A DNA stretch of 32,000 nucleotides from Nostoc punctiforme PCC 73102 (GCF_000020025.1 NC_010628.1:3840001-3872000), one strand, 5' to 3'; shown: positions 16,145-26,220, numbered from the stretch's first letter. The notes: a model not told the origin generated them from the sequence alone. Numbers and translations are program-made.

Positions 16145-17374
16145 CTAAACATTAGCTAAAGTTGCTCCTGGCACTAATTCTACCTTCACCCAACCTGGTT
16201 GCCGTCGGTCAAATGCCTTATATGCATCAATAACTGACATTAACGGCTCGACTTGGGTTAAGACTTTTGTGGGGTCTACTGTGCCATTACGAACCAAATC
16301 TACCAAAGTAGGAATATATTTGCGGTGATTACAATTACCCATGTTGATTGTAAGATTTTTGTTCATCGCCGTGCCGATGGGAAAAAAATTATGGCTTGGT
16401 GGATAAACACCAATAATCGAGAGTGTACCAGCTTTAGCTAATGCCTGAACTGCCCACTCTAATACAAGAGACGGAGCATTCCCTGGATGCCAATTGCCAT
16501 TTTGAGGATTAGTTTTAGGGGCAATTTGTTGTAACTGCTGCTGGAATTGTTGTGCTTCTTGTCGTGCTTTTTCGGCGGCTGGGCCACTGTCAGGAGCATT
16601 CGCATCTACGCCAACTGCATCAATGGCTCGATCTACACCAATTCCTCCAGTAAGTTCGCGGATAGCCTCAATTGGGTCTTCGGCATTGTAATCGATGATT
16701 TCTGCACCCAAATCACGCGCCATTTCTAAGCGTGAAGGAATTGTATCTACTGCAATGATGTGTCCTGCACCGAACAGTCTGGCGCTGACAATGGCAAACT
16801 GTCCAACAGGGCCACAACCAAAAATGGCAACTGTATCTCCTGGTGTGATCTCTGCAATATCGGCTCCAAAGTATGCCGTAGGGAAGATGTCAGACAATAA
16901 AATTGCTTGATCGTCTGTGACTTCTTTTGGTAGCTTGACCAAGCCTGCATTGGCATAAGGAATTCGAGCATATTCAGCCTGCAATCCATCGAAGGGGCCT
17001 GCTGCTTCAGGGCCTCCGAAAAAAGCTGTTCCGGCGTTATGTCCGTTGGGATTGGCGTTATCACATTGAGCGTGATATCCTGTACGGCAATATGAACAGT
17101 AGCCACAGGCAATTGTCGAGGGAACAACAACGCGATCGCCCACCTTAAGATTCCGCACATTGGAGCCAATCTCTTCAACAATACCAACGCCTTCATGTCC
17201 CAGAATTGTACCGGGTTTCATTCCCGTGAATGTTCCCCGAATCATGTGTAAATCCGTGCCACAAATTGCACTAGAAGTCAGCCGAATAATGGCATCTGTT
17301 GATTCTTTAATTTTTGGTTCTGGTACGTTATCTAATCGAATATCTCCGATTCCGTGAAAAACCACTGCTTTCAT
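16145..17374 (-). CDS. Zinc-dependent alcohol dehydrogenase family protein (formaldehyde-dehydrogenase-like, long form)
   Basis: MKAVVFHG...CGTDLH...GHEGVG (catalytic Zn site), the CGYCSYCRTGYHAQC structural-Zn cluster and the GCGPVG Rossmann motif. AGGAG lies 8 nt upstream of the ATG at 17374. Confidence 0.9.
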   Translation of the reverse strand: MKAVVFHGIGDIRLDNVPEPKIKESTDAIIRLTSSAICGTDLHMIRGTFTGMKPGTILGHEGVGIVEEIGSNVRNLKVGDRVVVPSTIACGYCSYCRTGYHAQCDNANPNGHNAGTAFFGGPEAAGPFDGLQAEYARIPYANAGLVKLPKEVTDDQAILLSDIFPTAYFGADIAEITPGDTVAIFGCGPVGQFAIVSARLFGAGHIIAVDTIPSRLEMARDLGAEIIDYNAEDPIEAIRELTGGIGVDRAIDAVGVDANAPDSGPAAEKARQEAQQFQQQLQQIAPKTNPQNGNWHPGNAPSLVLEWAVQALAKAGTLSIIGVYPPSHNFFPIGTAMNKNLTINMGNCNHRKYIPTLVDLVRNGTVDPTKVLTQVEPLMSVIDAYKAFDRRQPGWVKVELVPGATLANV

Positions 17375-17717
17375 GGTGAATACTCCTGATTCATGACGTT
17401 TATATTTCAAAATAAAACTGCGTAGCTGGTGTTTTTAACTACTAAAAAACACAAGAAAATATTTATGCGCTATAGGAGAAAATCTTGTACCCAAATTAGA
17501 CTCTTTAATGGATAACTTCAGTAGAGAATTGAGTTTATTTCGAACTAGATGACATACGCAATTAGAAATTATGGTATCGATATTGCTATGGTTTCTTATC
17601 GTCCTCAAGAAGGATATAAATTGTGGATAGCAATGTTAGGTGAAGAAACTGGAAGCAATAGTAAACTTTTTAACAAGATGATGGTTAGGAGTGATCGCTG
17701 CTAACCCAAGTTCCTAG

Positions 17718-18176
17718 TTACTTAAAGCGACAGGATTGCTCTATAGTCGGATTCTCTTCAAGCTGTACCATTATCAGAACAGCTGGCGCATCGCCTACTG
17801 TTCCAGATAAGTGACCCTTATTACCTTGCGCGTCCGCCTTCGTGCCTTGGTCTTCTCCAAATGAAATTTCGCCAGGGCCCATCTCGACTCGCTGCCCGTC
17901 CATAGTCTCCACAAACCAGCGTCCCGATAGAGGGATTACCCACTGGGGTTTCGGGTTCTCATGCCAGTTACCAACCCATCCCACGGGTAGCACAGTAAAG
18001 GTGATTGTAGCACCAGATTGCTTCAAATTAGAAAGCCACTGTGGTGAGGTATCTGGAGCTATGCCTTTCTCAATGAAGTCTTCAATTTGACAACGGGACT
18101 GGTGACTTATACCATCGCGGTCAGTCCAGACGTGCCAGTAATCAATTGTTGGCTTGTATGATGAGTTATTTTTCAT
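17718..18176 (-). CDS. Cupin-domain protein
   Basis: 152 aa. G.WH.NP...VIPLSGRWFVETMDGQRVEMGPGEISFGED is a beta-barrel cupin pattern. Confidence 0.65.
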   Translation of the reverse strand: MKNNSSYKPTIDYWHVWTDRDGISHQSRCQIEDFIEKGIAPDTSPQWLSNLKQSGATITFTVLPVGWVGNWHENPKPQWVIPLSGRWFVETMDGQRVEMGPGEISFGEDQGTKADAQGNKGHLSGTVGDAPAVLIMVQLEENPTIEQSCRFK

Positions 18177-18317
18177 AAAAATGGCTCTTTTTGATTGTGC
18201 GTTTTTGTTACAGCGTTGCTAATTGATATATTTCAAGTAAAAATTCTTAATCACGAATTAGCGACTTCCAAATAAAAAAATGTTCCAAAACTGACGCGAA
18301 AACTCTCTCTATTCCTC

Positions 18318-18343
18318 CTCTCTGTGTTCTCTGTGTCTCTGTG
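18318..18343. repeat. CTCTGTG-type short tandem tract in an intergenic spacer
   Basis: CTCTCTGTG TTCTCTGTG TCTCTGTG. It is flanked by a weak inverted repeat: CTTCCAAATAAA at 18265-18276 and TTTATTTCTTGGAAG at 18362-18376. Confidence 0.4.
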
Positions 18344-18380
18344 GTTCCTTTATTTAGATAATTTATTTCTTGGAAGCCCC

Positions 18381-20774
18381 TTATGAAACTGCAACTGTGT
18401 AATTGCGTTGTTCCCATTTACTAGTGTCAATCCAGAAAAAGGTAAAGATAATTGGCTGCTGTTGGTTATCAGAAACAGAAATATCTACAAAATTTACTCC
18501 TAACTTTGTAGAAGTAGAAGGGGTATCTTTTACAGTTTGCCAATTATCATCAGACCAGTGTAATTGAAAAGATGCTAAAGCGTGAATTCGTAGTGTATAA
18601 CCTTTTTTAACTTTGTCTATTTGACGGTTAAACTTCCAAATTTCCAACGATTTACACTGCTTTCTTTCGCCTAAATAACGATTCGCTACCTCTGGAATAA
18701 AATCAAACACCTGACCATCATGGTTTGACCGTAGCAGCTTGATATACTCTGCGTGCGCCCACATTAAAGGCATCGCAGAACCTGTTGGTTTTCCCAAATA
18801 CTGATGGATATCCGGTCTATCTGCTTCATCCCAAACCTGTTCTGGTAACAAACAAGTGTTTGAAGCAAATCCTTCCACCACCTTGATATATGTTTTGACA
18901 TCGCCGCCAGCAGCTAATTCATAATGTCCTCGTTCTCCTGTCAAAAGAGGCCAAGCGTGTCCCTTGCCATAACCAATGTAAGGACTTCCATCTTCTTGTT
19001 GACCGTAGCAGTCGTGGTTGTAACGATGCCAACAAGGGCCAACGGGTGTATCTACTTTTAAGATTGCATCAATTACTTTGACAGAATCAACGATAATCGG
19101 GTCATCTGGTTTGCGAATTCCATAGCGAACTAATTGTAAGAATCCGCCATCGACAATTTCCTTCGCTGGAAATTCTGCTGGTTCACCAGGTGGCTGACTG
19201 GCAATAAGAAGAGTTCCCTGATTAGGATTTTCGTTGGGTTGAGGATTATTGATATTTGTAGGAGTAATTCGGATGTAATGGCGTTTGATGCCAGGAACCA
19301 GGGTTCCTTCGGTAGTAACCGTCCAAGCTTCAATGTGAGATTCTAAAAAATCGGCGTATTCTTCAATAAATTGTGCTGTTGCTTCATCACCACTTTCACG
19401 AACAAATTGAGCAGCGCAGATTAAAGCGGCAATATTAGATGCCAGTGTAGAAGGTGAATAGCCACTGTTTTCTTCCCAGCGTTCTTGTTGGGTAGCAGGG
19501 CCATGACGAATTAAATAACCTGCCGCTCGTAAAATCATGGGATAAATATCAAAGTGCAGTGGTACTTTTTCTTGGTGCAATATCCATGCCAGTAAAATTG
19601 GAAATGCCACTTCATCTAGCTGAATACCTTTCCAGTAAGGTTCACCATCAACCCAGAAATTTTGGGCAAAACCACCATCTTCTTGCTGGCTGGTTGCAAG
19701 ATAAATTAGCGATCGCACTGCTGTATCTGTTTCCCCAGCAGCCACCAAACCTGTTACACTACTGACCAGATCCCGCGTCCAGACAAGGTGATATCCTCCT
19801 TGGTCTTGGTCGTCTTTGGCTTCACCCCAAGGGATAGCCATAGATGCAATTAAAGCACCGGGATAGCTTTTGTCTTCGTGTGCCAACAACAAACTAACGC
19901 TGTTGTGATACAACTTCCCATCATCATAAGAAGCATTTTCTAATGAGTGGATGCCGTCGCGCGATCGCTTCCACTGTTCGTTATATTGCTGCTTCTGCTT
20001 CTCAAAAGGAATATTGAGTGACTGAAACAGTGTGGAAATTGCATTGTGCAGAGTTGTCCCAAATGCCAGCCCTAAAGTAAACTCTTTACTGCCATTGAGA
20101 TTTAATTTTCCAGTCAAAGCAAGGTTGCCATCTACAGCACTGTCAAACTCCCAATCCATCCGAAAATTATCAGCTAAATCTGTCCAACCATCACTTTGTC
20201 CAACGTAGCCACAGGAAAGACGAGTAAAGGGAACTGTTGCACTCAGCGCTAGCCATGTTCCTGCTTTCTCGGCCGTTAGAATCCGATGTCCAGCAACTTG
20301 TACAGCGTAACCATTATTACCTCTACCTCCGACTTCCAGATGCGGCGCACATAAAGCGTATAGCTGGAGTTGGGAAATAAAATCGCTATCTCCTGTTAAC
20401 TTTGTATGTTGTAAAATACAGGATAAATGCGGGTCAGCAATCACTTCTTTGATTACAGCATAACGCCCTTGGGGATCGGAATTAGTGATGCGATATCCTA
20501 AACCATGAATCCACATCGGTTCTACTTTTGATTCGAGATGGCGTTTCTCTTCGTGGAAAAAGCTTTTACCATCAGAAATGAGATACTGTAAATCCCGAAC
20601 TTGGGGTCTGTCTACTGTGGGGTGGTAGATTTCAGTCACAACACCGTTCCAGACAGTAAACCAAACGCGACTGGAGGTAGAGTAAGCTGTTCCTACTCCA
20701 TCTTTATTGGCATGAGTCCATTGAGGATCGATGCCAGGTGAACCAAAAGCCTGTCCTTGACTAAGAATTTTCAT
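18381..20774 (-). CDS. Glycoside hydrolase family 15 (glucoamylase/glucodextranase/trehalase-type)
   Basis: 797 aa. It has the N-terminal GH15 beta-sandwich (GIDPQWTHANKDGVGTAY) and catalytic-domain landmarks (GGYHLVWTRDL, ERWEENSGYSPSTLA, HAWPLLTGERGHYE). Confidence 0.9.
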   Translation of the reverse strand: MKILSQGQAFGSPGIDPQWTHANKDGVGTAYSTSSRVWFTVWNGVVTEIYHPTVDRPQVRDLQYLISDGKSFFHEEKRHLESKVEPMWIHGLGYRITNSDPQGRYAVIKEVIADPHLSCILQHTKLTGDSDFISQLQLYALCAPHLEVGGRGNNGYAVQVAGHRILTAEKAGTWLALSATVPFTRLSCGYVGQSDGWTDLADNFRMDWEFDSAVDGNLALTGKLNLNGSKEFTLGLAFGTTLHNAISTLFQSLNIPFEKQKQQYNEQWKRSRDGIHSLENASYDDGKLYHNSVSLLLAHEDKSYPGALIASMAIPWGEAKDDQDQGGYHLVWTRDLVSSVTGLVAAGETDTAVRSLIYLATSQQEDGGFAQNFWVDGEPYWKGIQLDEVAFPILLAWILHQEKVPLHFDIYPMILRAAGYLIRHGPATQQERWEENSGYSPSTLASNIAALICAAQFVRESGDEATAQFIEEYADFLESHIEAWTVTTEGTLVPGIKRHYIRITPTNINNPQPNENPNQGTLLIASQPPGEPAEFPAKEIVDGGFLQLVRYGIRKPDDPIIVDSVKVIDAILKVDTPVGPCWHRYNHDCYGQQEDGSPYIGYGKGHAWPLLTGERGHYELAAGGDVKTYIKVVEGFASNTCLLPEQVWDEADRPDIHQYLGKPTGSAMPLMWAHAEYIKLLRSNHDGQVFDFIPEVANRYLGERKQCKSLEIWKFNRQIDKVKKGYTLRIHALASFQLHWSDDNWQTVKDTPSTSTKLGVNFVDISVSDNQQQPIIFTFFWIDTSKWEQRNYTVAVS

Positions 20775-20775
20775 A

Positions 20776-21984
20776 TCAACTTTGAGTAGCTTTTTGATTA
20801 TTTTTGGATTCTGTGGTTAATGCTTTCCAAGCAAATCTAGTCAATCCTGTTAGCAAATTCCATTTATCTAGTTTGCTGCTGCGATTTGTGCTTTGATGTA
20901 ACTGTCGAGCTACTTCAGCACGAATATCTGACTCAGAGATTCTGTCGTCTTCATCTTTTTGAGCAACATATCGCTCTTGTTGAGCTTGATGATTCAAATA
21001 AGCCCCCACTGCTACCAAGACCACACCAGCACCTAATCCTAAAATAAGCCAATCTTGATTTTCGGTTGCCCAAAGTTGAGCGCTGTAGTCCTGTGCTTGG
21101 TCATCAAATCTTCCATGAGCGCCGCGATCACCTGGTAGGGGTTCCCACAAGTTGCTCAAACGATTCTTATTTTCTGGTTGTTCTGTCTGCTGGCTCTTGT
21201 ATCCAGTTTTACCGAGGTAGCGGTCTAGTATTCCGGGGGCAACTTTTGTACCTAAGATGGCCTCAACTGTAGAGCTACCTACATAGAGTTCGCGCCGTTT
21301 ATGTGTTGCTGCCCAAACAATCGCTTCAGCTGCAACTTCTGGTTGGAAAATCGGCGGTACTGGCTGAGGTTTATGGGGCATATTGTTCTCGATCCAGTCA
21401 AACTGCGGCGTGTTCACTGCTGGCATTTGCACCATTGTGATGTGAACATTGCTGCGATCGTGGTGCAGTTCGCAACGAATAGAATCTGTGAACCCGCGAA
21501 TAGCAGACTTAGCACCGCAATAAGCTGACTGTAAGGGAATTGAGCGATAGGCAAGGGCAGAACCTACTTGCACAATTGTGCCGCGATCGCGTGGCTTCAT
21601 CCGTCGCAATGCTGCCATTGTTCCATAAACATATCCTAAATATGTCACTTCGGTTACGCGCCGAAATTCCTCTGGTTTAATCTCTGTAAATGGTGACAAA
21701 ATCGATGCCATCGCATCATTGACCCAGATATCTATCGGGCCAAACTCTTTTTCTACCGCCGCCGCCGCCGCTTCCACTTGTTCGGGGTCGGAAACATCGG
21801 TTGGTAGCACCAGTGCTTTAGCACCAGCCGCCTCGACTTCTTGACGCGCAGCTTCCAGCCCATCACGACTGCGGGCGACTAGTCCAATATAGGCTCCTCG
21901 CTTGGCAAATGCGCGAACGGTGGCTCTTCCTATACCGGCGGAGGCCCCGGTAATGACAACTACTTCAGGTTTTGATGTATTCAT
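20776..21984 (-). CDS. Short-chain dehydrogenase/reductase with a C-terminal TM extension
   Basis: TGASAGIGRA, NDAMA, SxnYCGAK (YxxxK). The C-terminal segment WLILGLGAGVVLVAVGAYL is hydrophobic. The stop lies 1 nt before the GH15 ATG. Confidence 0.9.
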   Translation of the reverse strand: MNTSKPEVVVITGASAGIGRATVRAFAKRGAYIGLVARSRDGLEAARQEVEAAGAKALVLPTDVSDPEQVEAAAAAVEKEFGPIDIWVNDAMASILSPFTEIKPEEFRRVTEVTYLGYVYGTMAALRRMKPRDRGTIVQVGSALAYRSIPLQSAYCGAKSAIRGFTDSIRCELHHDRSNVHITMVQMPAVNTPQFDWIENNMPHKPQPVPPIFQPEVAAEAIVWAATHKRRELYVGSSTVEAILGTKVAPGILDRYLGKTGYKSQQTEQPENKNRLSNLWEPLPGDRGAHGRFDDQAQDYSAQLWATENQDWLILGLGAGVVLVAVGAYLNHQAQQERYVAQKDEDDRISESDIRAEVARQLHQSTNRSSKLDKWNLLTGLTRFAWKALTTESKNNQKATQS

Positions 21985-22090
21985 AAACTACTTTTTTGTG
22001 AACGACGATTTTTTATTTTTAAATTAAATTTTATTTACTTCTAGGAAATTATGCTCCAGACGCAGAGAGGAGTATCATAGTTTGTTGAGA

Positions 22091-23020
22091 TTATTGAGAA
22101 GATTTGCGAATGGCTGCTAAGGATTTAGCTTCAATAAATATTTGTTTAATTTCAGGATGCTTTTGACAAGTTTTTGCTTCTAATTAATCCACCGTTAATG
22201 CTATTTCCTCACCTGTAAGATTATTAGAAAATTGAATTTCCAAGTTGAGTAATACTTCCTGTGGAGCAAGCTGCATTGTAAGTATACGTATGACTTTTTG
22301 TACTCTTGGTTCTGTTTTGGACAAAGAACGGATATTGGCTATAGTTTGAGGATTAGCACTTTCACCAACTAATAATCCTTTACTTTCTCTCGCTAGTAAT
22401 ACTGCTACTAAAGCTAAAATAATGCCTATAATAATCGAGGCAATGCCATCAAAATAAACATTATTAAATAAATGTCCTAAGAAAATTCCTATCAAGGCGA
22501 CGAGTAAGCCTAAAATGGCGGCAGTATCTTCGAATAAAACTGTAAATACTGTTGGATCTTTACTGTTTTTTATTGCTTGCCAAAAATTCTGCTTCCCCTT
22601 GGTCGGTAAAAACTCTCTTAAAGCTACAGTCCAAGAAGAACCCTCAAGTATTATTGCCACACCCAACACAATATAATTCCACATTGGATCTTCTAAAGGG
22701 CTGGGGTTAATTAAATGAGTAATTCCTTCATAAATAGACATCCCGCCACCAATAGCAAATATGAGGATGGCAACAATTAAAGTCCAGAAATAAAGTTCTT
22801 GACCGTAACCAAAAGGATGGCTATCATCTGCTGGCTTTTGGCTCCTACTAAGTCCCAACAAAAGTAATAATTGGTCGCTAGTATCTCCAATTGAATGAAT
22901 CCCCTCAGATATCATGGCAGAACTACCAGTAATGGCGGCGGCGATAAATTTAGTAATGGCGATCGCTAAGTTAGCCCCCATCGCCGCAAAAATTGTTTTT
23001 TTAGATGAATCAGTTGCCAT
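22091..23020 (-). pseudogene. Cation diffusion facilitator (CDF) transporter with an in-frame TAA 31 codons before the natural end
   Basis: Six TM helices with the HSIGDTSDQ metal-site motif. After ...EEIALTVD the TAA at 22184-22186 is followed, in the same frame, by LEAKTCQKHPEIKQIFIEAKSLAAIRKSSQ*. That sequence is the expected CDF C-terminal domain ending. Confidence 0.8.
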
Positions 23021-23024
23021 GAGT

Positions 23025-23076
23025 GTAATTCGTAATTCGTAAAGTCAGGTTTAAAGTGTATATTAATTACGAATTA
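23025..23076. repeat. AATTACG-type heptamers arranged as an inverted repeat (12-bp stem)
   Basis: GTAATTC GTAATTC GTAAAGT (23025-23045) with TTAATTACGAATTA (23063-23076). TAATTCGTAATT at 23026-23037 pairs with AATTACGAATTA at 23065-23076. Confidence 0.65.
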
Positions 23077-23078
23077 TT

Positions 23079-23895
23079 TTAACCATTCTCTGTAAACCCT
23101 GGATACAAAGTCATACCACCATCTACAAATAGTGTTGTATGTACCGTTAACATAATCAGAGTCATCAGAAGCTAGCCAAACTGCTGCTTTGGCGATATCT
23201 TCTACATCACCTACTCGTTTTGCTGGAATCAATTGTAGTAACTTCGCCTCTGCTTCTGGAGTATCCCAGGCTGATTTATTAATTGGAGTTTTGATTGCGC
23301 CAGGGGCAATACTATTAACGCGAATTTTGTGAGGAGCAAGTTCTTGGGCAATACTTTGCATCATCATATTGATACCGCCTTTACTAGTAGCATAATTCAC
23401 ATGACCCGCCCAAGGAATTACTTGATGCACTGAACTCATGCAAATAATCTTACCTGCCGCACAAGAAATATCGGGCTTCACACCTCGACGCAAGAACTCC
23501 TTTGCCGCTTCTCGCGCACATAAAAATTGTCCTGTCAGGTTTATCCCAATCACTGCATTCCATTGATCGAGGGTCATATCTATAAATGCTGAGTCTTTTT
23601 GAATGCCCGCATTACTTACCAAAATATCAATAGTGCCAAATTCTTGGAGCATTTTGCTGAACATCGCTTTTACTTGGTCTTCTTTGCTGACATCAGCTTG
23701 AATAGCGAATGCTTCTCCATTAGCAGTTTTAATATCATCAACAATTTTTTGGGCTTCTTGGGCTTCAGAATGATAGTTAATAACTACTGCTGCACCTGAC
23801 GAAGCCAAATTGCGAGCTATAGCTTCACCAATGCCAGAACTAGCGCCCGTTACAAGTGCTTTTTGACCTTTGAGCAGGTAAGGGGAATAGCTCAT
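23079..23895 (-). pseudogene. Glucose-1-dehydrogenase-like SDR, frameshifted 20 codons before the end
   Basis: TGASSGIG, NAG, SSVHQ...YATSKGG (YxxxK). The track ORF ends ...YVNGTYNTICRWWYDFVSRVYREWLK*. The alternative frame gives the canonical TLFVDGGMTLYPGFTENG*, with its stop at 23079-23081. Confidence 0.75.
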
Positions 23896-24484
23896 AATAT
23901 TTCCTCAAAATGTAGATAGAGTTTGGGTGTCTCTGATAGCGAAAAATTACAACAGAATTCAGAGATGATGACTGATAAATGACTTTACGGCCTCAATCAC
24001 AATACTGCTTATCAAACAAATTAATAATGTGCAAGTGCTAAGTATTACTAAATTAGTACTTAGCTTGATTACAGAAATTTATCAGATTCTGGCATCACTT
24101 TAGTGGTTTGCAGTGGCGATCGCTTCTAACTATTGGAGTAATAAATATCTATCACTAAAGAGTTAAGAAAATTTCATTATAATTTCATTATTATATGAAA
24201 TTCTTAGAAAATAAAGTTAATAAAACTTATCTTCTAATAAAAGTATGGATTTTATGAAAATTTATTTTTTCGATATCAGCTTTATATAATACTTTGATTA
24301 ATTAGCAATAAAACCTTGTAATATTCACCAAATATAAATTATTTTTGAATTAAATTATTCGTGTTTCTTAGGTAGTTTTTACAATTAAAATTTAAATTAT
24401 TTCATAAATAAACTCAGATTTTTATAAACCTAATTTTCTTAAAACAAAAACAGAACGTTAATTGTAAGTACAGAGACTGTGAAT

Positions 24485-25453
24485 ATGTCTAGTCAAACCG
24501 ATTTACAAGTGCAAAGAATTAGAGCTATTGGCTTAACGGTGACAAATTGCGATCGCTCTTTGAATTTCTATACACAAGCACTTACTTTTGAACTCGTTTC
24601 TGACATCACTGTTGAAGGACAGGATTACAACGATTTAGAAGGAGTGACTGGAGCAAAAATTCGCATTGTTACTTTACGACTAGGCGATGAACTTATCGAG
24701 TTGATGGAGTACCTCAACATTAAAGGAAAACCCATACCTAGCGATTCACAAAGTAATGACCTGTGGTTTCAACACCTAGCGATTGTGGTAAGCGATATGG
24801 ATCGCGCTTATACTCATTTGCGTTCATTTCCCATTGAGCCAATTTCCGTTGCACCGCAGACAATCCCACCTAGTAATGAAGCGTCTGGTGGTGTTCGCGC
24901 CTTTAAGTTTAAAGATCCTGATGGTCATGATTTAGAGTTAATTTGGTTTCCACTTGATAAAGGAAAAGATAAATGGCATCAAAACGACCATCGCTTGTTT
25001 TTGGGAATTGATCATAGTGCGATCGCTATTTCTAACACTGAGCAGAGTTTACATTTTTACCGCGCCCTTCTGGGAATGCAAGTTGATAGCCGTAGCCTCA
25101 ACTGGCGTGCAACGCAAACTCGCTTGGATGATTTACCAGGAGCCGAAGTCAGAATTACGGCACTGCGGCCAGTTCAAGATGGTGTAGGAATTGAACTGCT
25201 AGACTATATTGTGCCTGGGAAAGGTCGTTTTATACCGAGTGATTGGAAAAGTTGCGATATTGCGAAGGTGCAAATCGAGCTTGTTGTAAATAATCTTGAG
25301 CAGCTAGTAGATAAGCTACAGCAGAATGGAGTTCAGTTTGTGTCATCGCGGATTGTACAGTTTAGCGATCGCTCATTTTCTTATAGCAAAGGTTGTTTAG
25401 TTAAAGATCCTGACGGACACGCAATTTTGCTTGTCACAAAATTATCTAAATGA
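24485..25453 (+). CDS. Two-domain VOC (glyoxalase/bleomycin-resistance/dioxygenase) family protein
   Basis: Two tandem beta-alpha-beta-beta-beta modules: FYTQALTFELV...FQHLAIVV...DPDGHDLELI and FYRALLGMQV...DPDGHAILLV. The start is the ATG at 24485 or the GTG at 24479. Confidence 0.8.
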   Translation: MSSQTDLQVQRIRAIGLTVTNCDRSLNFYTQALTFELVSDITVEGQDYNDLEGVTGAKIRIVTLRLGDELIELMEYLNIKGKPIPSDSQSNDLWFQHLAIVVSDMDRAYTHLRSFPIEPISVAPQTIPPSNEASGGVRAFKFKDPDGHDLELIWFPLDKGKDKWHQNDHRLFLGIDHSAIAISNTEQSLHFYRALLGMQVDSRSLNWRATQTRLDDLPGAEVRITALRPVQDGVGIELLDYIVPGKGRFIPSDWKSCDIAKVQIELVVNNLEQLVDKLQQNGVQFVSSRIVQFSDRSFSYSKGCLVKDPDGHAILLVTKLSK

Positions 25454-25499
25454 AAATACAAGTACTAAAATATTGCAATAAATATACGTTAAAACTGCA

Positions 25500-26138
25500 T
25501 CAATTAAGCTTTTGTTCAAGGGTAGTGAGATAGTTGTAAGCACACATCGCATAAGCACGCACAATATTCATTTCATAGTGCTTACTATTTTCTTCCGTGA
25601 CGTTGAGCAAGCTTCCTAAACTTTTGCTGACTTCCTTTGAAGTGAGAAGCCCCACTATCAATGCAGGATCAGTATTAATATTGAGATCCTTGCAAAGTTT
25701 TTCAGATGGTTTCGGGTTAGCATCGTGCTTCCAGCAGTTGGCAAATAACCGCAGAACATTTAGCTCAAAGTCGCCTGGGATCTTTTTAAGATCAACACCT
25801 CTTTTCGAGAAGATGTCGCTTAGATTTTTCATATTCAGCCTTGCTAAGTGGGAATAACCACCTGACACAGCGGCTAATAGGAGTTTCATTTCACGCTTGA
25901 CCCAATGAAAGATGTCCACTAGGAGCAACTCTGCAACTTTTATAAGTTCATAATTCCAGTCGGCTAAGTCGTCGAAGTATCTTTCTTGCTCAAAATCATC
26001 GTTAGTACTTAGAGCTTGCGAGTAATGTGAGTAGAGCGTTTCTTGTTTTTCAAGGAGAGCATTAATGATAGTTTCTATACTCTCGGTGTGAAGTCTAAGT
26101 CCAATTTCGTATGGGATAAAAGAATTACGCATTGTCAT
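25500..26138 (-). CDS. Hypothetical all-alpha protein, no family recognised
   Basis: A 212-aa ORF with helix-rich composition. It contains RLFANCWKH (R-x3-N-x3-H). It is convergent with the VOC gene. Confidence 0.55.
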   Translation of the reverse strand: MTMRNSFIPYEIGLRLHTESIETIINALLEKQETLYSHYSQALSTNDDFEQERYFDDLADWNYELIKVAELLLVDIFHWVKREMKLLLAAVSGGYSHLARLNMKNLSDIFSKRGVDLKKIPGDFELNVLRLFANCWKHDANPKPSEKLCKDLNINTDPALIVGLLTSKEVSKSLGSLLNVTEENSKHYEMNIVRAYAMCAYNYLTTLEQKLN

Positions 26139-26199
26139 ATTTAGTGAACTCAGGCAAAGTTTTGAGCTTGGCGATCATTTTTTCAAGTAACTCGGTCAT
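26125..26199 (-). other. 24-codon mini-ORF overlapping the start of the 212-aa ORF (possible antitoxin-like remnant)
   Basis: It encodes MTELLEKMIAKLKTLPEFTKYDNA*. The stop overlaps the downstream ATG region (AAATATGACAATGCGTAA). The N-terminus resembles the LLE...L..LPE starts of small addiction-module components. Confidence 0.2.
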
Positions 26200-26220
26200 C
26201 ACTACCCTACTCCCGTAGAG

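Noticed and set aside
16547-17357. Nested ORFs within the ADH gene (16747..17196 on the same strand, plus several plus-strand ones)
   Set aside because: They are off-frame or antisense read-through of a strongly supported CDS, with no independent signals.
17375-17410. 12-codon extension of the ADH ORF (MKYKRHESGVFT)
   Set aside because: The AGGAG Shine-Dalgarno sequence lies within this extension, 8 nt before the ATG at 17374. The canonical MKAVVF start of this family begins there.
17549-17704. A 51-codon plus-strand ORF (MTYAIRNYGIDIAMVSYRPQEGYKLW...) in the ADH-cupin spacer
   Set aside because: It has no Shine-Dalgarno sequence, no recognisable motif and no hydrophobic or signal features. 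It is indistinguishable from chance in AT-rich DNA.
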